Program-made: the position numbers and the translations under genes | The notes under the pieces: model-generated | Told to the model about the DNA's origin: nothing | Databases searched by the model: none | What the model saw: only the letters and a program-made list of their open reading frames with translations | DNA from: Promethearchaeota archaeon | GTDB lineage: Archaea > Asgardarchaeota > Lokiarchaeia > Sigyniarchaeales > SOKP01 | Length of the DNA: 64,000 nucleotides | NCBI GenBank assembly: GCA_030599585.1 | Contig: JAUVNS010000008.1 | Location: 64,001-128,000, forward strand | Direction: 5' to 3' | Shown: positions 1 to 9,517 of the stretch, piece by piece | Layout: every line of letters starts with the position of its first letter | How positions within the stretch are numbered: the stretch's first letter is position 1

Positions 1-562
1 TTCTTAAGTAATAACCCTTATCTACAAGATTTTGAGCTACTCTTTGATTTGATTTGAGATTTTGAAACGAACTAGAATCAATCGTGGCTCTTGCTATAGC
101 TATAATTTCGTTCTTCTGATTAAAAACTGCGATAAGATTATTTTTTTTTAACTTGGGTGGGATCATAGTTATTACGCTCTTTAGGATATCGTTTCCATAG
201 AGAATTGATTTTTCTCCTTCTTCATTTATAGTAATTTTATTACTATTTGGAAGAATATGCTGATTACGCAAAAATTCAGCTCCTTCTAAGCTTAAGTGAA
301 AAATTCCTTTCTTAATGAAACCAAAATAAATACCCGCTGCATTTATATTCTCATTTCGTAATTTTTCTTCCAAAATATTACTATTTTCGTATGGAACTAA
401 ATAGATTAAAGGGAATTTGCTTTCTGTTTGCTCATCGTTAATAAAAATATAGAACCTATGATCTTTTTTCTTAAAATACGATAGTACTTCGGTTGATAAT
501 TTTTGAAGAGAATTAGTAATAAATGAGTTTTCAATTTTATTAATTAATCTAAAAGTATTCAA
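1..562 (-). CDS. NIP7-like PUA-domain ribosome biogenesis protein (3' end runs off the window)
   Basis: Not in the ORF track because it is truncated. Read by hand from TTG at 562: MNTFRLINKIENSFITNSLQKLSTEVL...AGIYFG...ILYGNDILK...QNLVDKGYYLR. The LYGND and DKGYYLR motifs resemble archaeal/eukaryotic NIP7. Confidence 0.65.
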   Translation of the reverse strand, partial: MNTFRLINKIENSFITNSLQKLSTEVLSYFKKKDHRFYIFINDEQTESKFPLIYLVPYENSNILEEKLRNENINAAGIYFGFIKKGIFHLSLEGAEFLRNQHILPNSNKITINEEGEKSILYGNDILKSVITMIPPKLKKNNLIAVFNQKNEIIAIARATIDSSSFQNLKSNQRVAQNLVDKGYYLR

Positions 563-650
563 TTCTCTTATTCTCCGTTAAAATAAAAAGAAATAAGTAG
601 TTTTATAATTATTAATCAATAAAGTTATTAAAAAATACTGTTGTCAAAAA

Positions 651-1367
651 ATGGGCATTCGTAAAATTGAGGACGAAATAGATTTAAGAGAAGCCATGAA
701 GAAAAAGGCAGCTGAGTTGAAGCTTAAAGACATGGAAGCAAAAGCTGCAACAGAAAACTTCACAAAAGAAAGGCTTACAGAATTAGCTAAGGCCCATGGA
801 GTCATTTTGGCGTTAACTCCCGAATTAAAGGCTGAAGTTAAAGCGTTACAAAAGAAGTTTAATATTCCCTCGTCCAAAATAATTACTGAACAGATTACAG
901 AAAACGATGTTTTGAAGAAATTTTCTAAAATAGATCATGAAAAGTTAGGAATGCTTGCTTACCAAAGAATTTTGATGCAGAAAGAAGAAATTGGAGTAGG
1001 ATTATTGCCTATTTCTAGAGTGTACGAATTAGTAAATACGGGAATTTTAAATGGGATATTAGATGTTAAAGATTTGTTAAAAGCTTTAAAACTACTCAAG
1101 AAGAATCATGTCATCGACGATTTGCAAGAATTTAGCTCAGGTATTGTAATGGTAAGATTTTTTCCAGTTCAATATACTACTGATCAAGTGAAAGTTGTAG
1201 GAGTTGCTAAAGATAAGGGTTTTATTTCTCTTGAAGACGTATGTATTGCTCTAAGCTGGTCTCAAGATCGAGCTTTAGAGACTTTAAAGTCATTAGAAGA
1301 CACAGGAATGGCGAAGTTAAGAGAATCTCTCCTTAAGGGAAAGCAATGGTACTTCCCTTCTTTATAA
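651..1367 (+). CDS. ESCRT-II Vps22/Vps36-like (EAP30-domain) protein
   Basis: Tandem winged-helix character (WSQDRALETLKSLEDTG), C-terminal YFPSL resembling the Vps22/SNF8 end, and position next to Vps25-like and Vps4 genes. Confidence 0.8.
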   Translation: MGIRKIEDEIDLREAMKKKAAELKLKDMEAKAATENFTKERLTELAKAHGVILALTPELKAEVKALQKKFNIPSSKIITEQITENDVLKKFSKIDHEKLGMLAYQRILMQKEEIGVGLLPISRVYELVNTGILNGILDVKDLLKALKLLKKNHVIDDLQEFSSGIVMVRFFPVQYTTDQVKVVGVAKDKGFISLEDVCIALSWSQDRALETLKSLEDTGMAKLRESLLKGKQWYFPSL

Positions 1368-1372
1368 ATGAT

Positions 1373-2263
1373 TTATTCTATTTTTATTTTAAATGAAACT
1401 TGATCATCCTCTAATCTAATAATCTTCCCCCTCTTTTCTTTCTCTAACATTTTAAAAATTTTAATAATATCATCATTGGGAAGTTTACTAAACGCTTTGT
1501 TAGATTCTCTAATTTCAAATATTAATATTGGTTCCAATGGAGAAATCTCCATAGCCCAATCATATATTTCCTCAGCCCAATTATCTAAGCTCTTCCAATA
1601 AACTCTTAATTTCTCTTTACTTTTTGATAACCATTCAGCTTGTTCTTTTTTAACTAATTCTTCAGCAATTTCCTCTAAGGCTTGTTTACGGTCTTCAAAA
1701 TTAGAAAAGGGTTTTTCAGATTCAGATTGTCGAAGATATAAAATATGAAGTATTGCATACCGTGCGTAATCGAAAAGAACTTTAGACCATTCGCTCTTCC
1801 AAGATTCATAGTCTTTCAAGTCAGTTTTTTTATTTGGAATTGAATACATAAATATATATCTTTTCTCTTCAAGCCACGGGTAATCGTTAAGTAACAATTC
1901 ATAAGTTGATATTTCTTTAGTAACAGCTTCTCTTTCCTTTACTATTTCTAGCTCAATCTCGCGAAGTTCTATTTCAATTTGAGCGGCGTTTTGTTCGTAT
2001 GTTTTTTGGTCTATTTCACCTAGTTTTGATGTGAGGAGATCTTCAAGTTTATTTAATCGCTCTTCAATTTCTTCACTTGGAAGCCCTTCTTGGATCGCTT
2101 CTGAAGCGATTTTTACTGTTTCATCTTCGATTTCTTTTAAATCCTTTTGTTTCTTTAGCTCTTTTAATCGAGTTAATTCCTTCCTTAAACCATCTAATTC
2201 TCTTTCAGGTTTTTCTTTTAAGTCCTTTACTGTATCTTCAGTTTTTTCTTTTTGCCGTTCCAT
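1373..2263 (-). CDS. ESCRT-II Vps25-like protein with N-terminal coiled coil
   Basis: SWKSEWSKVLFDY, AEW...VYWKSLDNWAEEIYDW and IFKMLEKEKRG motifs match the Vps25 winged helices. About 120 aa of Glu/Lys-rich N-terminal extension. Downstream of vps4 on the same strand. Confidence 0.8.
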   Translation of the reverse strand: MERQKEKTEDTVKDLKEKPERELDGLRKELTRLKELKKQKDLKEIEDETVKIASEAIQEGLPSEEIEERLNKLEDLLTSKLGEIDQKTYEQNAAQIEIELREIELEIVKEREAVTKEISTYELLLNDYPWLEEKRYIFMYSIPNKKTDLKDYESWKSEWSKVLFDYARYAILHILYLRQSESEKPFSNFEDRKQALEEIAEELVKKEQAEWLSKSKEKLRVYWKSLDNWAEEIYDWAMEISPLEPILIFEIRESNKAFSKLPNDDIIKIFKMLEKEKRGKIIRLEDDQVSFKIKIE

Positions 2264-2284
2264 AATCTACATCTTAATATGTTT

Positions 2285-3502
2285 TTAGTATTCTCCGAAT
2301 TCTGTAGCCCATTGTTCGTATTGGTGTAAAGAAGATCCTGTAGTCATAGGCTTTACTTTTTTTAAAGTTTTAGTAAAGTCTTTTAATTCAATATCCCTTA
2401 TAACAACTTCTTGATCGTTATTTTCCAGAAGCCCACCCATATCTAGTTCTCTAATTGGAAGCATTATAACTTCGCGACATACATTAGATATATCTCTTCC
2501 AGAATATCCATCAGATCTAACTCCTAACTCAATAAAATCTTCCTCGGTCATAGCCATATTAATACCTGCGGTGTGAATTTTAAATATTCCAACTCTGGCT
2601 GGTAGATCTGGAAGAGGAACATACACTTTTTTTTCAAATCTACTAAGCATGGCTGTGTCAATATCCCATGGTCGATTAGTTGCCCCTAAAACTAACAGAG
2701 GTTTTTTAGAGCCTGATTTAACTCCTTGAATTTCAGCTAACAATTGAGTTTTTACTCTCCTTTCTCCACCGCCTTCGTGACCTTCACCTCTCTTAGTAGC
2801 TACAGAGTCAATTTCATCCATAAAAATCAGACTAGGGGCTTTTATTCGAGCAACTTTAAAAAGTGAACTGATTAGCTTCTCACTTTCTCCTAACCATTTA
2901 CTTAATAAATCGGCTGATGAGACACTAAAAAAAGTTGCTTCACATTCTGTTGCTGCAGCTCTTGCTAATAATGTTTTACCACATCCTGGAGGTCCAAATA
3001 ATAAAATACCTGACCATGGCTTTCTTGCTCCTGTGAATAATTCAGGTCTCATAATTGGCAAGACTATAGCTTCTCTTAAGGCTTGTTTGCTTCCTTCTAG
3101 ACCTGCTATGTCTATCCATTTTACGTTAGGTGATTCAGTTAAAATAGTCCCCGATATTGAATCTATGATTTCTTGTTCTTCAGCAGAATATAACCCTTCC
3201 TCTTCTTTTGTCTCGCCTTCTTTTGGTTCACCTGGTTTACTAGAAGGTCTTCCTCTCTTAACGCGGGGACCACTTAAGTGGGCTTTAAGTACGGTAGCGC
3301 GATCTAAGTATTGCTCGATTTGTTCATGGCATTTCCGAATCATTATCGGATTTTTATTAAATTTTACGAATTGTATTAGGATTTCTGCTGCTCTTTGATA
3401 CTTATTTAGAGCTTGTCTATAATGCCCCTTTTCATCCAAATCAACGGCAGCTTGCGCTTCTTGAACGGCATATAGGTAAAGTTTACTATCAACACTACTC
3501 AA
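2285..3502 (-). CDS. vps4: Vps4 AAA+ ATPase with N-terminal MIT domain
   Basis: MIT helices (AVDLDEKGHYRQALNKYQRAAE, QYLDRA), Walker A GPPGCGKT, pore loop SKWLGESEK, Walker B FMDEID, ATNRPWDID, and C-terminal YEQWATEFG. TTG start. Confidence 0.95.
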   Translation of the reverse strand: MSSVDSKLYLYAVQEAQAAVDLDEKGHYRQALNKYQRAAEILIQFVKFNKNPIMIRKCHEQIEQYLDRATVLKAHLSGPRVKRGRPSSKPGEPKEGETKEEEGLYSAEEQEIIDSISGTILTESPNVKWIDIAGLEGSKQALREAIVLPIMRPELFTGARKPWSGILLFGPPGCGKTLLARAAATECEATFFSVSSADLLSKWLGESEKLISSLFKVARIKAPSLIFMDEIDSVATKRGEGHEGGGERRVKTQLLAEIQGVKSGSKKPLLVLGATNRPWDIDTAMLSRFEKKVYVPLPDLPARVGIFKIHTAGINMAMTEEDFIELGVRSDGYSGRDISNVCREVIMLPIRELDMGGLLENNDQEVVIRDIELKDFTKTLKKVKPMTTGSSLHQYEQWATEFGEY

Positions 3503-3723
3503 CGGCTATAACCTTTTAAAAGTAATTATTTATCTTATCTATGTTAAAATATTCTTAATATATATAGGTAAGCTAGTTCAATGTTTATTTTATTAATTAA
3601 TTCTTCCACATATATCAAATTTTCTTTTTAAAAAGGTATTGTAAACATTGGTCTACAACAAAAAATTATATAATCTTGAGTTTTCTTATATTATATAAAA
3701 ATAATAATAATTGATGAATTAAG

Positions 3724-4350
3724 ATGGGTTTTCTCAAAGATATGAGTAATTGGCTCTCAGGAGGCAAGAAAAAAGATACTGTTCGTTCTGCAACCGTCAA
3801 GCTTAAAGTGTTTAACAAAAGACTTATGAGGCAAACGAAACGCATGGAAATCACAGCAAAACAAGCTAGAGATAAAGCCGTTAGATTGCGAAAAGCTGGT
3901 GATATGGATGGGTCCGCATTCCACGCACGAAATTATCTTCAAGTTAAAAAACAAGCTAGGGCGATAGACCATTTTAGAACAAATTTAGAAGGAATGGTGT
4001 TCAAACTTGAACAGGCTAACGCAGTTAAAGACATTTCTAACATAATGACTGGCATCGCTGCTAGTCTAGGTGCTTTAAAGAGTCAATTGTCAGTCCCACA
4101 ACTAACCGAAATGATGACCGAAATCGGAATTGATATGGAAGACTTTGAAGTAACGCAAGAAATAACTTCGGATGGAATCGATAGTATGACGTTAGATACT
4201 GCTGTTTCAGATAGTCAAGTAAAAGATATATTAGGCGAAATCGATGCAGAGATTCAAGTTGAAGTTGGTGGAGCATTACCATCAATAGATCCTGATGGAA
4301 AAGTTAAAGAATTAGAAGAAGAGTTAAATAAATTAAAATCACGAGATTGA
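3724..4350 (+). CDS. ESCRT-III Snf7-family protein (Vps2/24/46 class)
   Basis: Basic N-half and acidic C-half helical hairpin, C-terminal MIM1-like ELEEELNKLK, divergent from vps4. Confidence 0.88.
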   Translation: MGFLKDMSNWLSGGKKKDTVRSATVKLKVFNKRLMRQTKRMEITAKQARDKAVRLRKAGDMDGSAFHARNYLQVKKQARAIDHFRTNLEGMVFKLEQANAVKDISNIMTGIAASLGALKSQLSVPQLTEMMTEIGIDMEDFEVTQEITSDGIDSMTLDTAVSDSQVKDILGEIDAEIQVEVGGALPSIDPDGKVKELEEELNKLKSRD

Positions 4351-4446
4351 GTACTAGCAATATTTAGTTCCTCTTCCTTCCTACCTACCAAAATTATTTA
4401 AGGTTAAACTCTATTTTTAATTTATTCTTAAACTCAATTTGAACGA

Positions 4447-5463
4447 GTGTTAAAAATGAATCCAGAAGTAATCGCAATTGGTAGTTGTACGCTTGATTGT
4501 ATGCTACAAGTTAAGGATATTCTTAGATTTGAGCTTTTAGATAAGGATATTATTAAAAAATATACAGCAATTGAATATAGTCACAAATTGAATGTAGATG
4601 GCGTTTTATTCGTTCCAGGAGGTTCTGCTGCTAATATTGCTTCAAATTGCGCAATGTTAGGCTTAAAAAGTGCTTATATTGGCGTACTTGGACATGACTT
4701 TTCTGCTGATATATGTTTAGATGATATGAAAAAGAGGGGCGTTGATTTATCGAATGTCATTCAAACTGATGAGGATTGTACTGCTTTTTCAGTAATTTTA
4801 AAAACAGAATGGGGAAAAGATCGAAGTATTTTAGCATATAAAGGTGCAAATAATATGTTAAAGCCCGAGGATGTCAAAGAAGAATTTTTTAAAGATATCA
4901 AAGCTTTTGCTTGGACTTCCTTGACTACAGAAAATGGATGTAGAGCAATCGAAAAAGCACTTACATTTACATTAGAAAATAATGGTAAAGTATTTGCTGC
5001 TCCTAGCATGTCAATCATTAAAAATAGTCCAAAATGGGCAAAAATTTTAATTTCTAACTCGGATGTAGTTTCCCTGAATAAAGAAGAAGCACAAGAATTT
5101 ACTGAAGAACAAGATACCGTGCCTATGATTCATAAATTTTTAGATATGGGCGTAAACTTAATATCTATTACAGATGGACCAAATGGATCCATAATTTCAG
5201 ACGGTCAAAATATAGTAAATAGTTCGATTTACGAAGGACCAGTTGAAGACACAACGGGTGCTGGAGACGCATTTCTAACTGGTCTATTAATATCTCGTCT
5301 AAATGGATTTTCTTTAGAAAAGTCCTCTAAAATGGCAACAGCTATGTCCTATTTAGAAAGTAAGGAGATTGGAGTTCGAGAGGGTCTACCTAACAGCTTA
5401 AAAGAATTAGAAGATTTTATTAACAATAATCAGATAAAACAGATTGTATCTAAAATTGTATAA
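4447..5463 (+). CDS. PfkB/ribokinase-family carbohydrate kinase
   Basis: PGGSAAN and DTTGAGDAF signatures. True start may be the ATG at 4456. Confidence 0.92.
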   Translation: MLKMNPEVIAIGSCTLDCMLQVKDILRFELLDKDIIKKYTAIEYSHKLNVDGVLFVPGGSAANIASNCAMLGLKSAYIGVLGHDFSADICLDDMKKRGVDLSNVIQTDEDCTAFSVILKTEWGKDRSILAYKGANNMLKPEDVKEEFFKDIKAFAWTSLTTENGCRAIEKALTFTLENNGKVFAAPSMSIIKNSPKWAKILISNSDVVSLNKEEAQEFTEEQDTVPMIHKFLDMGVNLISITDGPNGSIISDGQNIVNSSIYEGPVEDTTGAGDAFLTGLLISRLNGFSLEKSSKMATAMSYLESKEIGVREGLPNSLKELEDFINNNQIKQIVSKIV

Positions 5464-5558
5464 CATACAATTCTAATTACGTTCTGAGTTTTATGGTAAA
5501 AGATTAAATTTTAATTTCTTAGTGTATTTTTCATATCATTATACGACTTAAACAAAAA

Positions 5559-5660
5559 GCGCTGCTAGTATAGTGGTCAGTATACTCCTCATTTGGTAAA
5601 CTAATTTGGGTATAACAGGTTGCCAACTTGGTGACCCGGGTTCGAGTCCCGGGCGGCGCA
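5559..5660 (+). tRNA. tRNA-Gly(GCC) with 28-nt intron (5588-5615) at non-canonical position 27/28
   Basis: Acceptor GCGCTGC/GCGGCGC+A, D-stem GTAT/ATAC, T-arm CCGGG-TTCGAGT-CCCGG. Removing 5588-5615 restores the anticodon arm CCAGG-TT-GCC-AA-CTTGG. BHB junction: ATAC:GTAT central helix with 3-nt bulges TC|C and AA|C. Confidence 0.93.
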
Positions 5661-5663
5661 TAC

Positions 5664-5676
5664 TTTTTTTATTTTA
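5664..5676 (+). terminator. Oligo-T terminator of tRNA-Gly
   Basis: T-run immediately after the tRNA 3' end, typical of archaeal intrinsic termination. Confidence 0.55.
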
Positions 5677-5737
5677 TAGAATTTATTAAATATAATTCAA
5701 TTTTATTAGACTATGGGAAACTAAAAGGTGGTTTTAC

Positions 5738-5863
5738 TTGGATGATAAAGAAGTCGGTAGATATTGGGACGAAAATGCAGAAAACTGGATTAAACTAGCA
5801 AAGTTGGGATATGATCGATGTCCCTATTTTTTGATTACACGCTGTCGGAAACCAAAAATATAG
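5738..5863 (+). pseudogene. Internally deleted class I SAM methyltransferase remnant (41 aa)
   Basis: TTG start after an AGGTGG SD. Translation MDDKEVGRYWDENAENWIKLAKLGYDRCPYFLITRCRKPKI joins a typical methyltransferase N-terminus (YWDENAENW) directly to a typical C-terminal strand (PYFLITRCRK), with no SAM-binding motif between them. Confidence 0.55.
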
Positions 5864-5957
5864 TCTTTTACGAAAAACTTCGTGAAAGGTGTGTTTCACG
5901 ATCTGTTTACAGATGTTCAAAGAATAAAAAAAAAATAGTTAAAATTTTTATGATTTA

Positions 5958-7646
5958 CTAAATTGGTATTGGTATTGGTTCTTTCAAACCGTAATGGAGA
6001 GTTACAAATCCTACAACTAAAACAAAGAGTGCCAAGCCTGGCCAAAGAGAAGCCCATGGGGCGTCGTATAAATGTTGTCTAGCTCTACTAATATCGTTTC
6101 CTAATTGTATAAGCGTCGGATCGGAAAATCCAAGGAAACTTATTGCTTCGAATAACAAAATATTGAGTGCCATGAATAACGGGAAGTACGCAATTAGTTT
6201 TTTGGCTGTTAATTTCAAGCTGTAATTTCCCCTACTGATTAATAATGCGACCCCGGGGATCGTATACAGTGCCATAATGCTCATTGCTACTGAAACATTC
6301 TGTCCTAAAATACCTGTGAATAGTAAGATTCCGATAATACTAGGTATAATGAAAAGAATTACCGTGAGTCCCAAGACTAACCCTTTTAGCCACCTATGAA
6401 CTTTCGATAAATAACCAAATAACGATCCTATTGCAATTCCTATGAGAACGGAAAAGACGCACACTATTATCGATGTTGATACACCATATGCCAATCGTGC
6501 GAGTACGTCGCGTCCGAACATAGTTTGTCCCAAGGGATGAGTCGCAGATGGCGGATCCCAAGAACCAACATAAATACCCGTAGCTTCTTCGAAAGTAAAT
6601 GGCGTCAATACCTGCGGAAATATAGCAACTATTATCGTAAACACTACGATCGCTAATCCTATTATTGTTAATGGAGATTTCAGGCGATTAAATGTAAAAC
6701 CCTTAAAGTTTTGTCCTGAGTCGAGGTCATAACTAGCGCTTTCTTCAGCCATTTGTTCAGTTCTACCGAAAATGTTAGTAAATATTCTCGATTCCCTTTC
6801 TCCTAAGAGGTGATTGTAAGCTGTGTAAACGCTATTAGATAGGAATAGTATAATAACAATCAATAGGATAATACTAAAGATTATTGCATGAGTTACCCAA
6901 TAATCAGCATTGTGGATCGCTACTATAAAAAGGTTAAAAAATCCATTTATTCCGAACGTAATTTCGAGTAGGAAAAAACTTGCAATTAAGACGCTTGCGT
7001 TCATAATGATCTGTAGGCTATTTGACAAAATATGTTTTTCTTCCGATTCTTTTAAATAATTAGAACGAACCTGTCTTGTTGTAAGAAATAATGTTAACGG
7101 AAATAGTACGGAAGCCGGTAAAAATGGATCGCCGACCGCTGGAAAAAGTTCCAACTGAAATGCGAAAGTGTATTGGAACCACATCCCTACGACAAACACA
7201 GGCGTCGAAATACCTAAAATAATTAGAATTTGAATCAATCCTTTAACTAATTTATACCTAACTCTTACTGACAAGATTCCTAGTAAAATACCCGCGATTA
7301 AACCTAAAACAATAGGTAGTATTGTAAAACCTAAACTTTCTGGAATCCTGCTAGCCAAAAGATCAAATACGGGTTGGCCTGAAGCAATAGAAGCAGAAAA
7401 TCCTAGATTTCCTGTAAAAAAATCTCCAAGATACCTAAAGAACTGCTCGATCAAAGGTTTATCGAATCCAAACATGTGGAACATCATATTATATTGTTCT
7501 TGTGTAAAGGACGGAGGTAGATATGCAAGAACCGGGTCACCGGGTAATAGTCGAATCAAAAGAAAACTCAAGGTCAATCCGAAAAATAATGCCACGATAG
7601 GGAGTAAAAAAGTATAAATTATGTTTTTTTTAAGAACACTGGTCAT
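5958..7646 (-). CDS. Fused DppB+DppC peptide/nickel ABC-type permease lacking EAA loops
   Basis: DppB N-terminus (RLLPGDP, GFDKPLIEQF, GNLGFS) and DppC motifs (PPSATHPLGQTMFGRDVLARL, APWASLWPG) in one chain. Confidence 0.85.
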   Translation of the reverse strand: MTSVLKKNIIYTFLLPIVALFFGLTLSFLLIRLLPGDPVLAYLPPSFTQEQYNMMFHMFGFDKPLIEQFFRYLGDFFTGNLGFSASIASGQPVFDLLASRIPESLGFTILPIVLGLIAGILLGILSVRVRYKLVKGLIQILIILGISTPVFVVGMWFQYTFAFQLELFPAVGDPFLPASVLFPLTLFLTTRQVRSNYLKESEEKHILSNSLQIIMNASVLIASFFLLEITFGINGFFNLFIVAIHNADYWVTHAIIFSIILLIVIILFLSNSVYTAYNHLLGERESRIFTNIFGRTEQMAEESASYDLDSGQNFKGFTFNRLKSPLTIIGLAIVVFTIIVAIFPQVLTPFTFEEATGIYVGSWDPPSATHPLGQTMFGRDVLARLAYGVSTSIIVCVFSVLIGIAIGSLFGYLSKVHRWLKGLVLGLTVILFIIPSIIGILLFTGILGQNVSVAMSIMALYTIPGVALLISRGNYSLKLTAKKLIAYFPLFMALNILLFEAISFLGFSDPTLIQLGNDISRARQHLYDAPWASLWPGLALFVLVVGFVTLHYGLKEPIPIPI

Positions 7647-7765
7647 TTCGTTTTGCCTTTTTTTTTAAATTAATTTTGGTAGTATGTTTCATTAAGATAT
7701 TTACTTATATAAATATAGCAGAATCGTGTTATTACTTAATTTATCCCAAATAATATTAGATTTTG

Positions 7766-8611
7766 TTAGAGAGTACTGAGAAAATTAGAAACGTTCGAAG
7801 GTTTTGGGATTTTAACCTCGAAATAATGCTCAACGATTTCGTAAAGAAAGTCGAGATATGGTAATTGGATTTTTATGCTATGAACTTTTGCTATCTCTTC
7901 AATTACCTTTTTAGAAATAAGTTTCTCTTTCTTTTTCAAACTGTTGACTCTTTCAACAATTGTTTCAGAAAGTTCGTAAGATTTTTGGATTGCATTATGC
8001 AAATAAATTAAACTTGGTATAGGTTCGTATTCTTCTAAAAATTTTCTTACTAATAATCTTTCTATACTGATCTTCTTTGGATTAAGAATATCGTCGTAAT
8101 CTTGAAGGATTTTGTTGTTTTTCAGTATAATATCCTCTTTAAAACTCTCGAGTTGGTATTGTTCTTCTGATTTTACCCGTATAGACGTTTTATAGGAATT
8201 TTTCGTTATGTAGTTAAAAAAATTGTAGATCTGATCAACCATGAATGCTTGATCAGTAAGTATCAATACATTTTTCTTAAAAAAAATCGCTCGAATGATG
8301 TTTACTAATAAAGTGGCTGTCAAATTAAGTTTGATAAGGCTCACATCAATTGATTCTAATTGAGGAGACGTTTCAGGGTCCTTAACTGGTCGGGAAGTTA
8401 TTTCAGGAAGCTCTAATTGAAAATCTGCTATAAAAGTGTCTCTTACAGTAAGATTTTTGTCGATGTAAGCGACGAAAGAATGTTCACAAGCAATTCCTTC
8501 CGATACATTTACTGCAAAAACGCCTCTAACGGCTTTTTCCACTTCTTCCTCTGATACTTCAATGTATCCTATTCTTGAACAAGATGGACATCGAACTTCG
8601 AGCTTTTTCAT
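7766..8611 (-). CDS. Hypothetical protein with N-terminal Zn-binding-like module
   Basis: CPSC ... CEH motif and a long ORF with plausible composition. Confidence 0.7.
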   Translation of the reverse strand: MKKLEVRCPSCSRIGYIEVSEEEVEKAVRGVFAVNVSEGIACEHSFVAYIDKNLTVRDTFIADFQLELPEITSRPVKDPETSPQLESIDVSLIKLNLTATLLVNIIRAIFFKKNVLILTDQAFMVDQIYNFFNYITKNSYKTSIRVKSEEQYQLESFKEDIILKNNKILQDYDDILNPKKISIERLLVRKFLEEYEPIPSLIYLHNAIQKSYELSETIVERVNSLKKKEKLISKKVIEEIAKVHSIKIQLPYLDFLYEIVEHYFEVKIPKPSNVSNFLSTL

Positions 8612-8770
8612 TTATAAAAATCTCACTATTGTTATCAAATCAATATTGGAGTTTTTCTAGCAGTTACAATTAAATTTTAAACAATCAATTATATAAAGGT
8701 TAACTGAGTAAATAAATAAAAATTAACATTGAATATATAATTCTTTCAAGATTGTATAGTCTGTGAAAGG

Positions 8771-9250
8771 TTAATACCGATTTATCTTTGCATATTTCTT
8801 TTCAATCAGGTTAGCTATAAGTAAGGAGATTACTACTGCTAAATTTTCAGATATCAAAAATGCCATTACACTATTTAAAAAGATCAAGCTTATCCCATAA
8901 GTACTAAAAAATATAACAGCAAAAACAGGAAAGACTATTAATATCGGTCTAATAATGGGAAAATATAGTATTGTTCGAAACTTAGATGCCCCTGACCTTG
9001 ATTTTTGAAATTGGCTTCTCATTTTCTTCCTTTTTTCAACTTGGACAAAGGACTCAAATATAATAACTACTCCAAAAAACAGAGCTATGGTTGCGCCAAT
9101 CGGTATTAATATTACTACTAAATAATTCCCTACCCCCAGTATGAATTGAGCTAAGAATATAAACAATATTTGGAAAATTCCACATGCACCGAATAGCATT
9201 AAAGCAATTGGCATGTATTCCTTTGATGTCCAGCGAAATCTTATTGGCAT
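8771..9250 (-). CDS. Hypothetical 4-TM membrane protein
   Basis: Four hydrophobic segments with a basic loop. Directly downstream of tRNA-Val on the same strand. Confidence 0.7.
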   Translation of the reverse strand: MPIRFRWTSKEYMPIALMLFGACGIFQILFIFLAQFILGVGNYLVVILIPIGATIALFFGVVIIFESFVQVEKRKKMRSQFQKSRSGASKFRTILYFPIIRPILIVFPVFAVIFFSTYGISLIFLNSVMAFLISENLAVVISLLIANLIEKKYAKINRY

Positions 9251-9277
9251 TTTTATAGATTGTTTTTTGTTTTATAA

Positions 9278-9351
9278 TGGGCCCGGTGCGATTTGAACGC
9301 ACGACCTTCTCCACGTCAAGGAGACGTCATACCGAGCTAGACCACGGGCCC
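9278..9351 (-). tRNA. tRNA-Val(GAC)
   Basis: Reverse complement GGGCCCG...TCTCC-TT-GAC-GT-GGAGA...GTGCG-TTCAAAT-CGCAC-CGGGCCC-A forms a full cloverleaf with no intron. Confidence 0.95.
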
Positions 9352-9517
9352 GAGATTGATTTCCCTAATTTAAGTTTAAAAAATACTAAAATTTGAGATA
9401 ACTAATGTATATAATTAAAAAATAAATAATTTATTAGTTTTTTCTGAAAGATCACAAATCTAGTTAAACACGACTACTATTACTAAAAAAAATATAAAAA
9501 AATAATTAACGATATAT

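Noticed and set aside
5660-9278. Integrated element between tRNA-Gly and tRNA-Val
   Set aside because: No integrase, transposase or duplicated tRNA 3' end (att site) seen.
9054-9314. 86-aa minus-strand ORF
   Set aside because: It starts inside tRNA-Val and overlaps the membrane-protein gene out of frame.
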